Below are positions 62,623-64,000 of a stretch of DNA of 64,000 nucleotides, piece by piece (within the stretch, counting starts at the first letter, position 1; each line of letters opens with the position of its first letter). This stretch comes from the human T2T-CHM13v2.0 reference genome, Homo sapiens. A program made the position numbers and the translations under genes. The notes below the pieces were generated by a model that saw only the letters and a program-made list of their open reading frames with translations, was not told where the DNA came from and did no database searches. Location: NCBI RefSeq assembly GCF_009914755.1, contig NC_060938.1; one strand, 5' to 3'.

Positions 62623-64000
62623 ACACAGAATAAATAGTGTTGAAACATGATCACTCAGTGTTTCTGAAGTTTTTGCCTGGTAATCTCACACAGCAGAAAC
62701 ACCTCTGGCCTACCTGTGGAATGCAGGCTTCTTGGTTTTTCCTCAGTTCTCACTAATTGAAATTTCTGTGGATGAATCCAGAAATTTGCATTTTAAACAA
62801 ATTTAAAGGTGATTCTTAGCTCACTAAAGTTGAACAAGGAATTTCTTAATATGCATTAAAATGAACTTGTGAAAAAGAAAACATCCTAAAACAGTAGGGA
62901 AAACGTTTGGCCCTTTCAGCAAATGTTCTTGGAAGAAGAATGGGATGAATTGCTTCCTCCTTTTGGCTATTGTGAATCATGTTGCTATGAACATGGGTGC
63001 ACAAATACCTGTTCAAGTCCCTGCTTTTCTTCCCTGCTTTTAAACTTGCTTGGAAGGTTTATTGTAACTTAGAATTGCAGACTGAGAAAGGCCTTGGAGG
63101 GGTTGTCTATCTAGTCTCTCCTCCTAAAATGCAAGTTCTGAGCCCCAGATCAGAACTCTATATTTAACCACACACATAAGAAGTTTATAGTAAAAAGAAA
63201 AGATTGGAATGAGTTATGGGCTTGTAGGTGAACCAATATGTTTCAGAAGGATTATTAAGTGGTATTTTAAATTTTTAAATTTAAGTTTAAGATTAAAATT
63301 TAAATTTAAAACTGATTTAAATTAAATTAATTTTTAAAAAGATTTGTTTGAACACCTTATATAATAAAGCATCAATAAATCATGATCATATAATAATTAT
63401 ATAGCCTCAATCACAGAAGGAAAAACTAAATTAAATCTTTTAAATTGGCAATAATTATAATAACTTACAAACTCAATGCTGATAAGAGTGTGATGAGATG
63501 TTTCTGCAGAAAGAAATTGTTATAATTTTTTTGAAAAATTTGAGAAATACAATAAAAAGAATAGCTGATACTTTTCTCTAGCATTTCAATAGCTAGAATT
63601 CTAAGTTGCAATAATTTATATTGAAAGACAAACAGCAAATTTTACTTAAAAGGGAAAAAAATTGAAATTTTAAAATATAAATATCCAAAAATGTGGGAAA
63701 GGGAAAGGTTAAAATGAGTCTGATGTGTTTATAGAAATGACAATACACATTGCAATAATAATTATTATTATAAGAGCTAATATTTATTGAGACAGTATTT
63801 TATATTCATAGAATTGTATATTCTTAGAATGGGCTATTTTTCAGAATTTACAAATATATTAATCAATAAAGTTTTAGATCATCTGAGAAACAAGGAGAAT
63901 AGAAAAAAAGCATTAAAAACTTTAGAGATATGAAATATTTTGTGATATAATATTATAGTACTAGGACTCTCTGGTTGACAGTGAGAAAAATTCCAAACAA

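Overview
Human-type genomic DNA matching the RNase A gene cluster at 14q11.2; the locus is recognised from the proteins, not from an alignment. Two convergent non-canonical RNase A family genes bracket the window: RNASE10 (+, 13593-14243) and RNASE9 (-, 60201-59584). Between them lie two processed pseudogenes (PTCD2-derived and SET-derived) and dense Alu, L1, LTR and DNA-transposon debris. No RNA genes, CRISPR arrays or prokaryotic features were seen. The most notable structure is a young SVA (SVA_E-like) upstream of RNASE10. Its apparent target-site duplication lies about 825 bp upstream of the hexamer head, so it seems to have carried in foreign DNA (truncated AluY plus a CpG-rich old L1 fragment) as a 5' transduction. 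Its VNTR holds an ATG and a splice donor that join in frame to the RNASE10 coding exon (+28 aa). Its long (CCCTCT)n head encodes an ATG-initiated antisense poly-GR ORF. Repeat subfamily names are assigned by eye and old-repeat boundaries are approximate. I do not see a wholly new biological system; the best candidate for novelty is this SVA-RNASE10 module.
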